A program made the translations under genes and the position numbers. Below, in pieces: positions 46,451-54,602 of a stretch of 64,000 nt of DNA (positions within the stretch are counted from its first letter, which is position 1; each line of letters begins with the position of its first letter). Origin of the DNA: Parasutterella excrementihominis (GTDB lineage: Bacteria > Bacillota_I > Bacilli_A > RFN20 > CAG-826); contig CAVECL010000003.1 in the NCBI GenBank assembly GCA_963614595.1, forward strand, positions 4,125-68,124. The letters run 5' to 3'. The notes beneath the pieces are model-generated. The model did no database searches. It had not been told where the DNA came from and worked only from the letters and a program-made list of their open reading frames with translations.

Positions 46451-47318
46451 ACCCTAGCTTCTTGAGCATGGCGGGGTCGTTTCGCCAATCCTCTTTCACC
46501 TCAACTTCGATATTGAGGGAATGGATGTGCTTTCGGAAGACCCTTTCCATCTCATGGCGGGCGGACATGGAGATTTTCTTGATCATCTCCCCTCCTTTGC
46601 CGATGACGATGGACTTGTGGTTCTTCTTATTGAGGATGACTCTCGCCTCGATGCGGTAACCGTCTCCGTCTGGGGCGAATTTCTTGATGAGAACCGCGGA
46701 CTGATGAGGGATTTCCTGCTTCAGGAAATGCAGAAGCTCCTGGCGGATGATCTCTTTCGCGCGATAGGAAAGGTCTTTGTCGGTAAGCGCGTCTTCTGGA
46801 TAAAAAGGCTCGCCCTCGACAAGGTATTTCCCAATTTCCTCTTTGACTTCCTTGATGCCGAAATTCTTAAGGAAGGAAGCCTCCAGCAGAGGGCAAGACG
46901 GGAAGCGGGCGCGGATGGCCTTCTTCTTGGCCTCCCCTTCTTCGATTCGAAGCAAGTCGATCTTGTTGAGGACCAAAATGCGCGGCGCGGCAGAGCGAAG
47001 CCCTTCGAGGATGGAGAAATCCGGCTCAAGATCCTTGACGGAGCCATCGATGAGATAGAGGATCGCGTCGACGTCTTTGGAGGAGTCGAAGGCCGCCTTC
47101 TTCATGTAGCGGTCCAACGCCCCTTCTCCGAAGAAGATCCCCGGAGTGTCCACGAAGACGATCTGCCGTTCCTTCTCGGTGAGGATGCCGCAGATCGAGT
47201 CGCGGGTGGTCTGGGCCTTCGGGGTGACGATCGACACTTTTTTGGAGAGCGCCGCGTTCAAAAAGGTGCTCTTCCCGGCATTAGGGCGACCTAAAATGGC
47301 AACGAATCCGACTTTCAT
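46437..47318 (-). CDS. era: GTPase Era
   Basis: GRPNAGKSTFLN, DTPG, NKIDL and a C-terminal KH domain (VIGKGGEMIKKI). Confidence 0.93.
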   Translation of the reverse strand: MKVGFVAILGRPNAGKSTFLNAALSKKVSIVTPKAQTTRDSICGILTEKERQIVFVDTPGIFFGEGALDRYMKKAAFDSSKDVDAILYLIDGSVKDLEPDFSILEGLRSAAPRILVLNKIDLLRIEEGEAKKKAIRARFPSCPLLEASFLKNFGIKEVKEEIGKYLVEGEPFYPEDALTDKDLSYRAKEIIRQELLHFLKQEIPHQSAVLIKKFAPDGDGYRIEARVILNKKNHKSIVIGKGGEMIKKISMSARHEMERVFRKHIHSLNIEVEVKEDWRNDPAMLKKLGYAND

Positions 47319-47713
47319 AGCACGTCTCCTTCAAAAGCGTAAGGCAAGAGGTCCTCGATGTTTGTTTGGTAGATCTGCCCGCTTTCGCTCGCCATGTAAA
47401 TCGGCATGTCCTTGGGGCAGAACTCGCTGAGCACCTGGCGGCAGGCGCCGCAGGGCGAGATGGGCTCGGGGGTATCCCCGATAAGGGCGAGGGCCTCGAA
47501 ATCATCGGGCGACTCCCCTTCCATGAGGGCGTGATAAATCGCGTTTCTCTCCGCGCACATCGATAAGCCGTAGCTCGAATTCTCGACGTTCGCGCCGAAA
47601 TAGACTTTGCCGTTCTTGCAAAGAAGCGCCGCGCCGACCTCAAAATGGGAGTAAGGCGAATAGGAAAGGCCCTGGGCCACCCTTGCCTGATCAACGAGTT
47701 CTTCTGGGGTCAT
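47315..47713 (-). CDS. cdd: Cytidine deaminase
   Basis: YSPYSHFEVGAALL, CAERNAI and PCGACRQVLSEF. Confidence 0.9.
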   Translation of the reverse strand: MTPEELVDQARVAQGLSYSPYSHFEVGAALLCKNGKVYFGANVENSSYGLSMCAERNAIYHALMEGESPDDFEALALIGDTPEPISPCGACRQVLSEFCPKDMPIYMASESGQIYQTNIEDLLPYAFEGDVL

Positions 47714-48180
47714 TTGGTTAGCTCCTTTTTCGCTTCGTCCAGTATCTTGTCTTGGAGGGGGAACATGATCGCCTCATCCTCTTTCTTCATGTGATCGTAA
47801 CCGAGAAGATGCAGCAAGCCATGGCAAAAGAGGAAGCACATCTCCCTCTCCGCCGTGTTGCCGATGTCTTTGGCCTGGCGAAGGGCTTGGGGGACGCAGA
47901 TGAAGATCTCCCCCAGCATCTTGGGGACATCGTCTCCGTTAATGAGCCCCTCCTCGCTTTTGTCGTCATTGAAGGCGAAGGAAATGACGTCGGTCACGCG
48001 GTCCACCTTTCGGTAATCGCGATTGATCTGGTGAATCGTCTCGTCGTCCACCAAAGAGACGTCGACCTCGTAATTGGCCTTGATGGACAAAAGATCAAAG
48101 GCGACGCCCATGATCTTCTTGTATTTCCCTTCGTATTCGTCGTAGGTTTCCTCTAAGCGGTTTTCAAATTCGAGTTCCAT
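47710..48180 (-). CDS. ybeY: rRNA maturation endoribonuclease YbeY
   Basis: DVISFAF and the zinc motif HGLLHLLGYDH. Confidence 0.9.
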   Translation of the reverse strand: MELEFENRLEETYDEYEGKYKKIMGVAFDLLSIKANYEVDVSLVDDETIHQINRDYRKVDRVTDVISFAFNDDKSEEGLINGDDVPKMLGEIFICVPQALRQAKDIGNTAEREMCFLFCHGLLHLLGYDHMKKEDEAIMFPLQDKILDEAKKELTK

Positions 48181-48188
48181 AGGAAGGG

Positions 48189-49412
48189 CTATATCTTATC
48201 ATTTTCCGCGTCAACAATGAACCTACTCCCATTCACGAAATGCTGATAGAAATAGGAACGCTCCTTCTTCTCGGTCTCGATGCTCTGCGCGTCCTCGAAT
48301 ATCCTTTCACCCAAGCTAAGCAAATAGAGGCTGGAGAAGACGAAAAGCAAGAAGCGGTTGCTCGCGAATTCCCCGCTTAATAGCCCTAAGCAAGAGGAAG
48401 CGAGGCAAAGCAAGACGAGAATCGCTTTTTTGCTGAGCTCTTTCCTCGTGTAGACGGTCAAAGAGGAGAAAAGATCGCTCAGCATCCCCATTCTTTTTCC
48501 AATCGTGTCCTCGGATTCCAGGAAAGCCTTTTCCTCCGCGCTGATTTTATCGATCTCCCCCTTCCTCTTTTTCCTCATCAAGATCTTTTCAAGGAAAAAG
48601 GCGCCGAAGGGGATCAAAGTGAGGCAGGAGAACAAAGGCTCGTTGATCGCGACCAAAAAGAAGACGAAGGCGAAGCAGGCGATGTTCTCCGGCAGATTTA
48701 CCCATGGGACGATCGAGGCTTTCTTATAAGCCAGATAATGCTTCAGGGCTTCTTTTCTCTCTCCCTTCTCCCTCATTGCTAGTCCCCCTGACCATTGGGC
48801 GTCGAAATGCTCCATCGCCGCCATGAGAAAGACGGAGCGAGAGAGGATTAGAAGACAATAAGCGGCCACGAAAAGCAGAAGCAAGGAGAAATTGCTCACG
48901 CTGGAGAAGAACATGATGGCGAAAAAGGCGAGGGCTGCCTCCAAAACCGGGAAAAGAGGCAGCGCGTAAGCGATAAGCGGTCGCTTAAGGGGAGTCACGG
49001 CCTCGCCTTTTTCTTGCTTGCCCTCATAAGAGAGCTGCCTAAGGTAGACCCCGCTGAACTTCGGGAGAAGATCTTCCTCCTTCTGCCACGATTCTCCCGA
49101 AGCGGGATCCAGGATGAGATAACGGTCTTTCTTTTTCTTCTTGGCCATGACGAGGTGGCTGTTCCCTTCCTCTTCCAGCATCAGCAAGAGCGGGAAGCTA
49201 TCGCAGGTGGACAAGGCCGCTGGCTCTAAGAATTTGTAGCCAGAGAGGGTCAGGCCGAACTCGCTTGCGAAATGGATGAGCTCCCCTAAAGACGGGGCCT
49301 TATCGTCGATCGGGGGCTCGGCAAGGGATTCGGCGTGCGCGAACCCGTTGTAGGCTAAGAGGTTTTTGATTGCTGCGTAGCCGCAGCCTTTTTCTTGGGC
49401 TTGGTAGATCAT
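48189..49412 (-). CDS. Peptidase C39-like domain fused to an ABC-exporter-type membrane domain, without a nucleotide-binding domain
   Basis: The N-terminal ~130 aa carry the C39 catalytic pattern Gln4-x5-Cys10 (QAQEKGCGYAAIKNLLAY), His86 (GNSHLVMA) and Asp102 (ILDPASG). About six TM helices follow. The ORF ends 8 nt before ybeY, so no ATPase can follow. GGTGAGGAGG RBS. Confidence 0.6.
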   Translation of the reverse strand: MIYQAQEKGCGYAAIKNLLAYNGFAHAESLAEPPIDDKAPSLGELIHFASEFGLTLSGYKFLEPAALSTCDSFPLLLMLEEEGNSHLVMAKKKKKDRYLILDPASGESWQKEEDLLPKFSGVYLRQLSYEGKQEKGEAVTPLKRPLIAYALPLFPVLEAALAFFAIMFFSSVSNFSLLLLFVAAYCLLILSRSVFLMAAMEHFDAQWSGGLAMREKGERKEALKHYLAYKKASIVPWVNLPENIACFAFVFFLVAINEPLFSCLTLIPFGAFFLEKILMRKKRKGEIDKISAEEKAFLESEDTIGKRMGMLSDLFSSLTVYTRKELSKKAILVLLCLASSCLGLLSGEFASNRFLLFVFSSLYLLSLGERIFEDAQSIETEKKERSYFYQHFVNGSRFIVDAENDKI

Positions 49413-49470
49413 TTCTTTGCCTCCTCACCCTATTAATAAAGAGGAATTTCGCTTCATGCCCCAAAAAAGC

Positions 49471-49499
49471 AAAAAAAGACCCCGATTTTTTTCGGGGTC
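49471..49499 (-). terminator. Rho-independent terminator after rpsU
   Basis: Minus strand: GACCCCGA-aaaaaa-TCGGGGTC followed by TTTTTTT. Confidence 0.8.
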
Positions 49500-49511
49500 G
49501 CTTTTGCAAGA

Positions 49512-49688
49512 TCAGAATTTCTTCCTGCGGGCCATCTTCGACTTCATCTTTCTGGCAAGGCCAGGTTTCAGATAAGCTTCGCGTTTCCGGGTCTCGAAGA
49601 GGATGCCGGATTTGTTGACGCCTCTTTTGAAACGACGGAGCGCGTCATCGATGGTTTCGTTCTCGCGAACAACGACTTTCACTGACAT
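49512..49688 (-). CDS. rpsU: 30S ribosomal protein S21
   Basis: [50 protein letters not shown] 49688 is preceded by GGAAAGGAAGTGAG. The track ORF begins 12 nt earlier at GTG. Confidence 0.9.
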   Translation of the reverse strand: MSVKVVVRENETIDDALRRFKRGVNKSGILFETRKREAYLKPGLARKMKSKMARRKKF

Positions 49689-49755
49689 TTCGGTTCTCAC
49701 TTCCTTTCCGGACGTGCGTTAATTTACCCCTAGTCGGGGCAAATAGCAATCATTT

Positions 49756-50412
49756 TCAGGCGATTTTCGCCTTTTCCTCCATGATCGTCACCGAAGCGCT
49801 TGCCCCGATGCGGGTCGCGCCGGCTTTCACAAGGGCCTTCACCTCATCGTAATGATGGATCCCGCCGCTTGCTTTGACGCCCAAATCAGGTCCGACCGCC
49901 TCGCGCATGATGGCGACGTCTTCGACGCTCGCCCCGCCTTTCGAGAATCCCGTGGAGGTCTTCACGAAGTCGCAGCCGCCTTTCTTGCAGGCGATGGAGC
50001 AGAGGCGGATTTCCTCTTTGCTGAGGAGGCAGGTTTCAAGGATCACTTTCAAAACAAGCCCTCCCACCGCTTCTTTTAAGGCGCTCACCTCTTTTTCGAT
50101 GAGGTCGTAACGCCCTTCCTTGACCCAAGAGAGGTTCTGCACCATGTCAATCTCGCTCGCGCCATCCTCGATGGCCTCTTTGGCCTCCGCGACTTTGATG
50201 GATGTCTTATTGGCCCCCAAAGGGAAGCCGATGACCGTGCAGACCTTCACGGAGGTGCCTGCGAGCTCTTTGGAAGCGAGGGAGACGAAATCAGGGTTCA
50301 CGCAGACGGAAGCGAAATCATATTGCCTCGCCTCAAGGCAAAGCTTCTTGATCTGCTCCGAGGTGGCCTCGGGCTTCAAAAGGGTGTGATCGAAAAGTTT
50401 GTTGAATTCCAT
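49756..50412 (-). CDS. deoC: Deoxyribose-phosphate aldolase
   Basis: LFDHTLLKPEATSEQI, FASVCVNP, VIGFPLG, LKVILET, FVKTSTGF and KASGGI. Start at ATG 50412 (GAGGT upstream). The track ORF extends to 50535, overlapping rpmF. Confidence 0.9.
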   Translation of the reverse strand: MEFNKLFDHTLLKPEATSEQIKKLCLEARQYDFASVCVNPDFVSLASKELAGTSVKVCTVIGFPLGANKTSIKVAEAKEAIEDGASEIDMVQNLSWVKEGRYDLIEKEVSALKEAVGGLVLKVILETCLLSKEEIRLCSIACKKGGCDFVKTSTGFSKGGASVEDVAIMREAVGPDLGVKASGGIHHYDEVKALVKAGATRIGASASVTIMEEKAKIA

Positions 50413-50451
50413 AGTTGTACCTCGTCTAGGATTATCGGAGCAAAGAAGGCG

Positions 50452-50484
50452 AAAAGAAAGACCCAAGGAAGGGTTTTCCTTGGG
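50452..50484 (-). terminator. Rho-independent terminator after rpmF
   Basis: Minus strand: CCCAAGGAA-aaccc-TTCCTTGGG followed by TCTTTCTTTT. Confidence 0.8.
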
Positions 50485-50494
50485 CCGAGCTGGT

Positions 50495-50683
50495 TTATTC
50501 GCCTTTCTTGTTGATGTGCAAGACTTCCTTGCCATCGTAGTAGCCGCATTCGGGGCAAACGCGATGGGAACGGATCATCGCTCCGCAATGGGGGCAAGCG
50601 ACCAAGCCGGTCACTTCGAGCTTGAAGTGGGAGCGGCGCATTCTTTTACGGGTTTTGCTGATTCTTCTCTGTGGGACTGCCAT
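50495..50683 (-). CDS. rpmF: 50S ribosomal protein L32
   Basis: [19 protein letters not shown] with zinc ribbon CPHCG...CPECG. AAAGGAG RBS. Confidence 0.92.
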   Translation of the reverse strand: MAVPQRRISKTRKRMRRSHFKLEVTGLVACPHCGAMIRSHRVCPECGYYDGKEVLHINKKGE

Positions 50684-50712
50684 GAGTAATCTCCTTTCGT
50701 TTTCCGGGGGAA

Positions 50713-50740
50713 ATTATACGAGGGGCGAGGTCAGAAACAA
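50713..50740 (-). promoter_or_regulatory. Putative promoter of rpmF
   Basis: Minus strand: TTGTTT, 16-nt spacer, TATAAT, followed by AAAGGAG and the ATG. Confidence 0.45.
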
Positions 50741-50775
50741 GCCAAAAAATGATACGATGTCAAAAAAATTCCGAA

Positions 50776-52059
50776 TTAGTCGCCTGCCACCGAAGGTTCA
50801 TATGTTATTTCTTCAATTTCTCCATGACGGGGCCTATCGCTATGGACGGTGAAAAGAAGATAGTTGGAGCTATGCCCTTTCGCCAAGCCTTTCTCAGCGG
50901 AATAATCTTCGAAAAGCACGGGCATCTTTTTGCCATAATAGCCTTCCTCGTATTCTTTCCTCAGTTTGGAGGAAAGAGACAAAAGCTCGGCGACGCGGGC
51001 TTTTTTCACACGAGGATCGGTGTCTTTCAAGGTCGCGGCGTAAGTGCCTGGGCGAGAGGAGAAAGGGAAGACGTGGATCTCGGCGAAGCGCGCCTTCTCG
51101 CAGAAGCGGAGGGTCTCTTCCCATTCTTCATCGCTTTCCAAAGGGAAGCCTGCGATGACATCCGTGGTTATGGCGATTCCCGGCCTTGACTGACGAATGA
51201 GGTCAAGTTTTCGCAAGAAGGCATCGGTGTCGTATTTCCTTTTCATGCGCTGGAGCACGCTGCTGCTTCCGGACTGGAGGGGAATATGGAGGTGAGAGGC
51301 GATGTTTTTCCTGCTCCTCAATAATCCCAAAAGCTTCTCGTCGATCTCGCTTTCTTCGATCGAGGAGATGCGGAGGCGGAAAAGATCGGGGCAGGAATCG
51401 AGGATATCCTCAATGAGATCAGAGAAACGGTAGGAGCCATCCGCCAAATCCTTGCCATAGCCCCCGATGTGAATGCCCGTGATGACGATTTCCTTGTACC
51501 CGGCGCTTACTAGGCTCTCGGCCTCCGAAATGACTTCCCTTGGCTCTCTGGAGCGGGAATTGCCCCTTAGGAAAGGAATGAAGCAATAAGAACAGAAATT
51601 GTCGCACCCGTCTTGGATTTTAAGATATGCGCGCGCGTTCTCGCAGAAGGAATTGGCGCCAAGTTCCTCATAGCCCTCTTTGCGGACGCTCTTCTTCACG
51701 TCGATGATCTTTTGGCGATCCGATTCGAACCTCTCTATATAAGAAGGGATGAGGGAGCGATCGGCGGCCCCCAAAACGATGTCAGCCCCCAAGGAAGAGG
51801 CCTGCTCAGCGTGGGTTTGCGAGTAGCAGCCCATGACAACGATGACGGCGTTTGGGTTGTTGCGGCGATATGAGGAGATGTGCTGACGCGATTTCTGATC
51901 GGCTTTCGAAGTGACCGAGCAAGTGTTCAAGATGATGACGTCGGCCTCTTCTTCGCTCTTGCTTTCCTCGTAGCCGGCTTTCTTCAAACAGGTGCCGACA
52001 CCGGCGTTCTCATAGGAGTTCACCTTGCATCCAAGGCTGTGCAAAAAATATTTCTTCAT
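50776..52059 (-). CDS. mtaB: tRNA threonylcarbamoyladenosine methylthiotransferase MtaB (YqeV, radical SAM)
   Basis: N-terminal LGCKVNSYE...ILNTCSVT, radical-SAM CDNFCSYC and a TRAM-like C-terminus. ATG 52059 overlaps the upstream ORF's stop as ATGA. Confidence 0.85.
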   Translation of the reverse strand: MKKYFLHSLGCKVNSYENAGVGTCLKKAGYEESKSEEEADVIILNTCSVTSKADQKSRQHISSYRRNNPNAVIVVMGCYSQTHAEQASSLGADIVLGAADRSLIPSYIERFESDRQKIIDVKKSVRKEGYEELGANSFCENARAYLKIQDGCDNFCSYCFIPFLRGNSRSREPREVISEAESLVSAGYKEIVITGIHIGGYGKDLADGSYRFSDLIEDILDSCPDLFRLRISSIEESEIDEKLLGLLRSRKNIASHLHIPLQSGSSSVLQRMKRKYDTDAFLRKLDLIRQSRPGIAITTDVIAGFPLESDEEWEETLRFCEKARFAEIHVFPFSSRPGTYAATLKDTDPRVKKARVAELLSLSSKLRKEYEEGYYGKKMPVLFEDYSAEKGLAKGHSSNYLLFTVHSDRPRHGEIEEITYEPSVAGD

Positions 52060-52862
52060 TTTTCGGCACAATCCTTTTCAATTCGAGAAAAAACTACGAC
52101 TTCATCGTAATTAATTTTATAAATTAATCTACTAGAAATTAACTTTTTTTCGACTAGTAATCTCTTAAGTCCTTCGACGTCTCCCCTGTAATAAGCCTCC
52201 ACCACAGGCTGAACTCTTTCCATCATGTGGTTGCGGTTTTGCTCCTTGAGGTAGCGATCGAAGAGGCAGCATTGGCAGTCCAGTCTCCCCTGCTTGTTCA
52301 CAAAGTAGACGGAGAAGGAATCATAGTCATAGAAGGCGCTCCCCTCCTCTGTTTTCTTCACGCGGACGAGCTTCGTGAAAAGGGACTCGAAGAGGTCGTC
52401 GCCATAGTAATCGAAGGGATCGACGAGAATCGAATCGAAGTTTCTTAGAAGACGCTTGTACGGCGAGGAGATGAGCTTCAGCCAGTCTTTCGCGTAAAGC
52501 CTGTTGATGCTTTTGGAGAAGAAAGGGATATAGATTCTTTCGCCTTCGTGCACGTGATAAGGCAGCTCATCCAGGATGGGTTGCATGTTTTCCTCGAAGA
52601 TTCGGGCTTTTCCCTCTTCCCCAAGCCCAACGCTCTTGGCTTTGGCGATTTTGACCCCCTCATCGATTTGTTGCTTTGCCTGAAGGGAGCGAAGAACGAT
52701 GTTGGCCCTCTCGATTTGAAAGGGCTTATCCGCCTTGCGATAATGGGAGAAGATCGGGTAATCGGTCAAAGCGCCGCTGTTATTGAGGAAAAAAGCCATC
52801 TCGTCGCTGCGCTCGAAACGCGTCTTCCTCTGCTTTTTTTCCAATGTGAGGAAGAGATCCAT
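52056..52862 (-). CDS. Hypothetical protein (268 aa, no domain recognised)
   Basis: Long ORF with the normal local codon style, packed between the TM2 gene (TAA-ATG abutting) and mtaB (ATGA overlap). The last ~30 codons run through an AT-rich segment. Confidence 0.6.
   Translation of the reverse strand: MDLFLTLEKKQRKTRFERSDEMAFFLNNSGALTDYPIFSHYRKADKPFQIERANIVLRSLQAKQQIDEGVKIAKAKSVGLGEEGKARIFEENMQPILDELPYHVHEGERIYIPFFSKSINRLYAKDWLKLISSPYKRLLRNFDSILVDPFDYYGDDLFESLFTKLVRVKKTEEGSAFYDYDSFSVYFVNKQGRLDCQCCLFDRYLKEQNRNHMMERVQPVVEAYYRGDVEGLKRLLVEKKLISSRLIYKINYDEVVVFSRIEKDCAEK
52086..52100 (-). repeat. Motif copy, core only (end of the 268-aa ORF, upstream of mtaB)
   Basis: Minus strand: GTCGTAGTTTTTTCT. 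Core at 52088-52097. Confidence 0.55.
52110..52128. repeat. Inverted repeat ATTAATTT-N3-AAATTAAT inside the 3' end of the 268-aa ORF
   Basis: Perfect 8-bp arms with a 3-nt spacer, about 50-70 nt upstream of the mtaB ATG. Confidence 0.7.
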
Positions 52863-53297
52863 TTAACGGAGATACTCCCCTTCCGCGTCTTTCAGAGGCG
52901 CTCTCTTGCTAAGCAGCAAACCGTGGACGACGTCGAAGGCGACGAAAAGAAGGAACAGGATGAGGTAAATCCAAAGCGATTTCCAAAGCAAAAAGAAGAC
53001 AAGGCTCCCCACCCCTCCCACAAGGGCGAGGAAGGAAAGAAGGAAAGCGATTCCCCTTTTCTTGAAGCCCGCGTAAAAGTCATGGACGCCCAGGAAACCG
53101 AGGGTCATGCACAGAATCACGTAAGCTTTCAGGGATTTGGACTTATAAAGCTCGTATTTCCCCGTGATCGGATCGATGGACGAAGTGACGTCTTTGGTGG
53201 CGTAATCGTTATCGATGGGGTCTTTCTCCCCGCAGTATGGGCAGATGTCGTTGTCGAGTCTGGATATTTCTTTGTGGCAGGATTTGCAGTAAGGCAT
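52863..53297 (-). CDS. Zinc-ribbon / TM2-domain membrane protein
   Basis: N-terminal CKSC...CPYC zinc ribbon, then a TM2-like signature LGFLGVHDFYAGFKKRGIAFLL plus further TM helices. Start ATG 53297 or GTG 53321 is uncertain. Confidence 0.65.
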   Translation of the reverse strand: MPYCKSCHKEISRLDNDICPYCGEKDPIDNDYATKDVTSSIDPITGKYELYKSKSLKAYVILCMTLGFLGVHDFYAGFKKRGIAFLLSFLALVGGVGSLVFFLLWKSLWIYLILFLLFVAFDVVHGLLLSKRAPLKDAEGEYLR

Positions 53298-53340
53298 AAG
53301 GCAAAAGGAATTATAGAACACTTCTTCGGAGCGGAGAATT

Positions 53341-53370
53341 AGAAAAGCCCAATCGAAGCATCAATTGGGC
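53341..53370 (-). terminator. Terminator after dnaJ
   Basis: Minus strand: GCCCAAT-tgatgcttcg-ATTGGGC followed by TTTTCT. Lies 7 nt after the dnaJ TAA. Confidence 0.6.
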
Positions 53371-53376
53371 GATTCG

Positions 53377-54528
53377 TTATTTTTTGAAGCGTTCCTTCCA
53401 CTTGGCGAAAGGCCCGTCCTTCTTGCTTTCCTGGGCCTGGAATTCCTTCAAGAGGTCTTTCTGGTTCTTGGAAAGCTTCGTCGGGGTCTTCACTTTTATG
53501 TGAAGGTATTGATCGCCTGGCTTCTTGCTGCGGAGATCTTGGACGCCTCTGCCCTTGAGTTTGAGGATCTGCTCGGGCTGAGTGCCTTCGGGAATCGTCA
53601 CGGTGACTTCGCCGTAGACCGTAGGCACATCGATCTGCGTCCCAAGGGCGCAGTCGACGAAGCTCAGGGGCACGTCGAGATGGATGTCGTTGCCTTCGCG
53701 CTTGAAGTCGGGATGGTCGGCGACGAGGACTTCGACGTAAAGATCGCCGTTGGGGCCGCCGTTAACGCCCTTCCCCCCTTTGCCCGAGACCCTTATCTGC
53801 TGGCCGGAGCTGATGCCCGCGGGGATGTTGACCAGAAGGTCTTTATGGACGCGCGAATAGCCCTTGCCGTCGCATTCGTGGCATTTCTTCTTGATGACCT
53901 TGCCTCTGCCCCCGCAATACGAGCAGGTGCTTTGGCTCTGCATGTTTCCGAAAATCGTGCGCTGGGTGGTGACTTCGACGCCGCTCCCGCCGCAATGGGG
54001 GCAGGTTTGGTAGTCGCCATCGCTTTCCGCGCCCGTGCCATGGCAATGCGCGCAGGGCTCATCGTAAGTCAAAGGGACTGTTACCTTGGTTCCGTTGATG
54101 GAATCCATGAAGTTGATGCGGATCCTCGTGAGGCTGTCCTGGCCCTTGCTGGGGCCTCCCCCAGAGCTTGAGCCTGCGCCTCGCCTAGCCCCGCCTCCGA
54201 AAAAGCTATTGAAGATGTCGTTCAGATCGAAATCCCCGAAGCCTTGGCTGGAGAATCCTCCGCCGAAGGGGTTGCCCGCTCCTCCGGTAGAGGCGCCTTG
54301 CTCGAAGGCCGCTTGGCCGAATCGGTCGTATTGGGCGCGCTTATTGTCGTCGCTTAAAACGTCATAAGCCTCCTGGACTTCCTGGAATTTCTTCGGGGCA
54401 TCGGGAGAATGGTTGATGTCTGGATGGTATTGCTTGGCGAGTTTCCGGTAAGCGGATTTGATCTCGTCCTTGCTCGCGGTTTTGCTGAGCCCGAGCACTT
54501 CGTAGTAATCGCGTTTGCTTTCGCCCAT
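53377..54528 (-). CDS. dnaJ: Molecular chaperone DnaJ
   Basis: J domain ([31 protein letters not shown]), G/F region and four CxxCxGxG repeats. Confidence 0.95.
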   Translation of the reverse strand: MGESKRDYYEVLGLSKTASKDEIKSAYRKLAKQYHPDINHSPDAPKKFQEVQEAYDVLSDDNKRAQYDRFGQAAFEQGASTGGAGNPFGGGFSSQGFGDFDLNDIFNSFFGGGARRGAGSSSGGGPSKGQDSLTRIRINFMDSINGTKVTVPLTYDEPCAHCHGTGAESDGDYQTCPHCGGSGVEVTTQRTIFGNMQSQSTCSYCGGRGKVIKKKCHECDGKGYSRVHKDLLVNIPAGISSGQQIRVSGKGGKGVNGGPNGDLYVEVLVADHPDFKREGNDIHLDVPLSFVDCALGTQIDVPTVYGEVTVTIPEGTQPEQILKLKGRGVQDLRSKKPGDQYLHIKVKTPTKLSKNQKDLLKEFQAQESKKDGPFAKWKERFKK

Positions 54529-54561
54529 ATTGCCCTCCTTTCTTGCTATTTAAGGCAAAGG

Positions 54562-54584
54562 AGGCGCCAGTGTCTCTGGCGCCT
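54562..54584 (-). terminator. Intercistronic GC hairpin between dnaK and dnaJ (partial terminator or processing signal)
   Basis: Minus strand: AGGCGCCAG-agaca-CTGGCGCCT followed by a weak U-run (CCTTTGCC). Confidence 0.45.
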
Positions 54585-54602
54585 TCCTGATTGGATGAAG
54601 AA

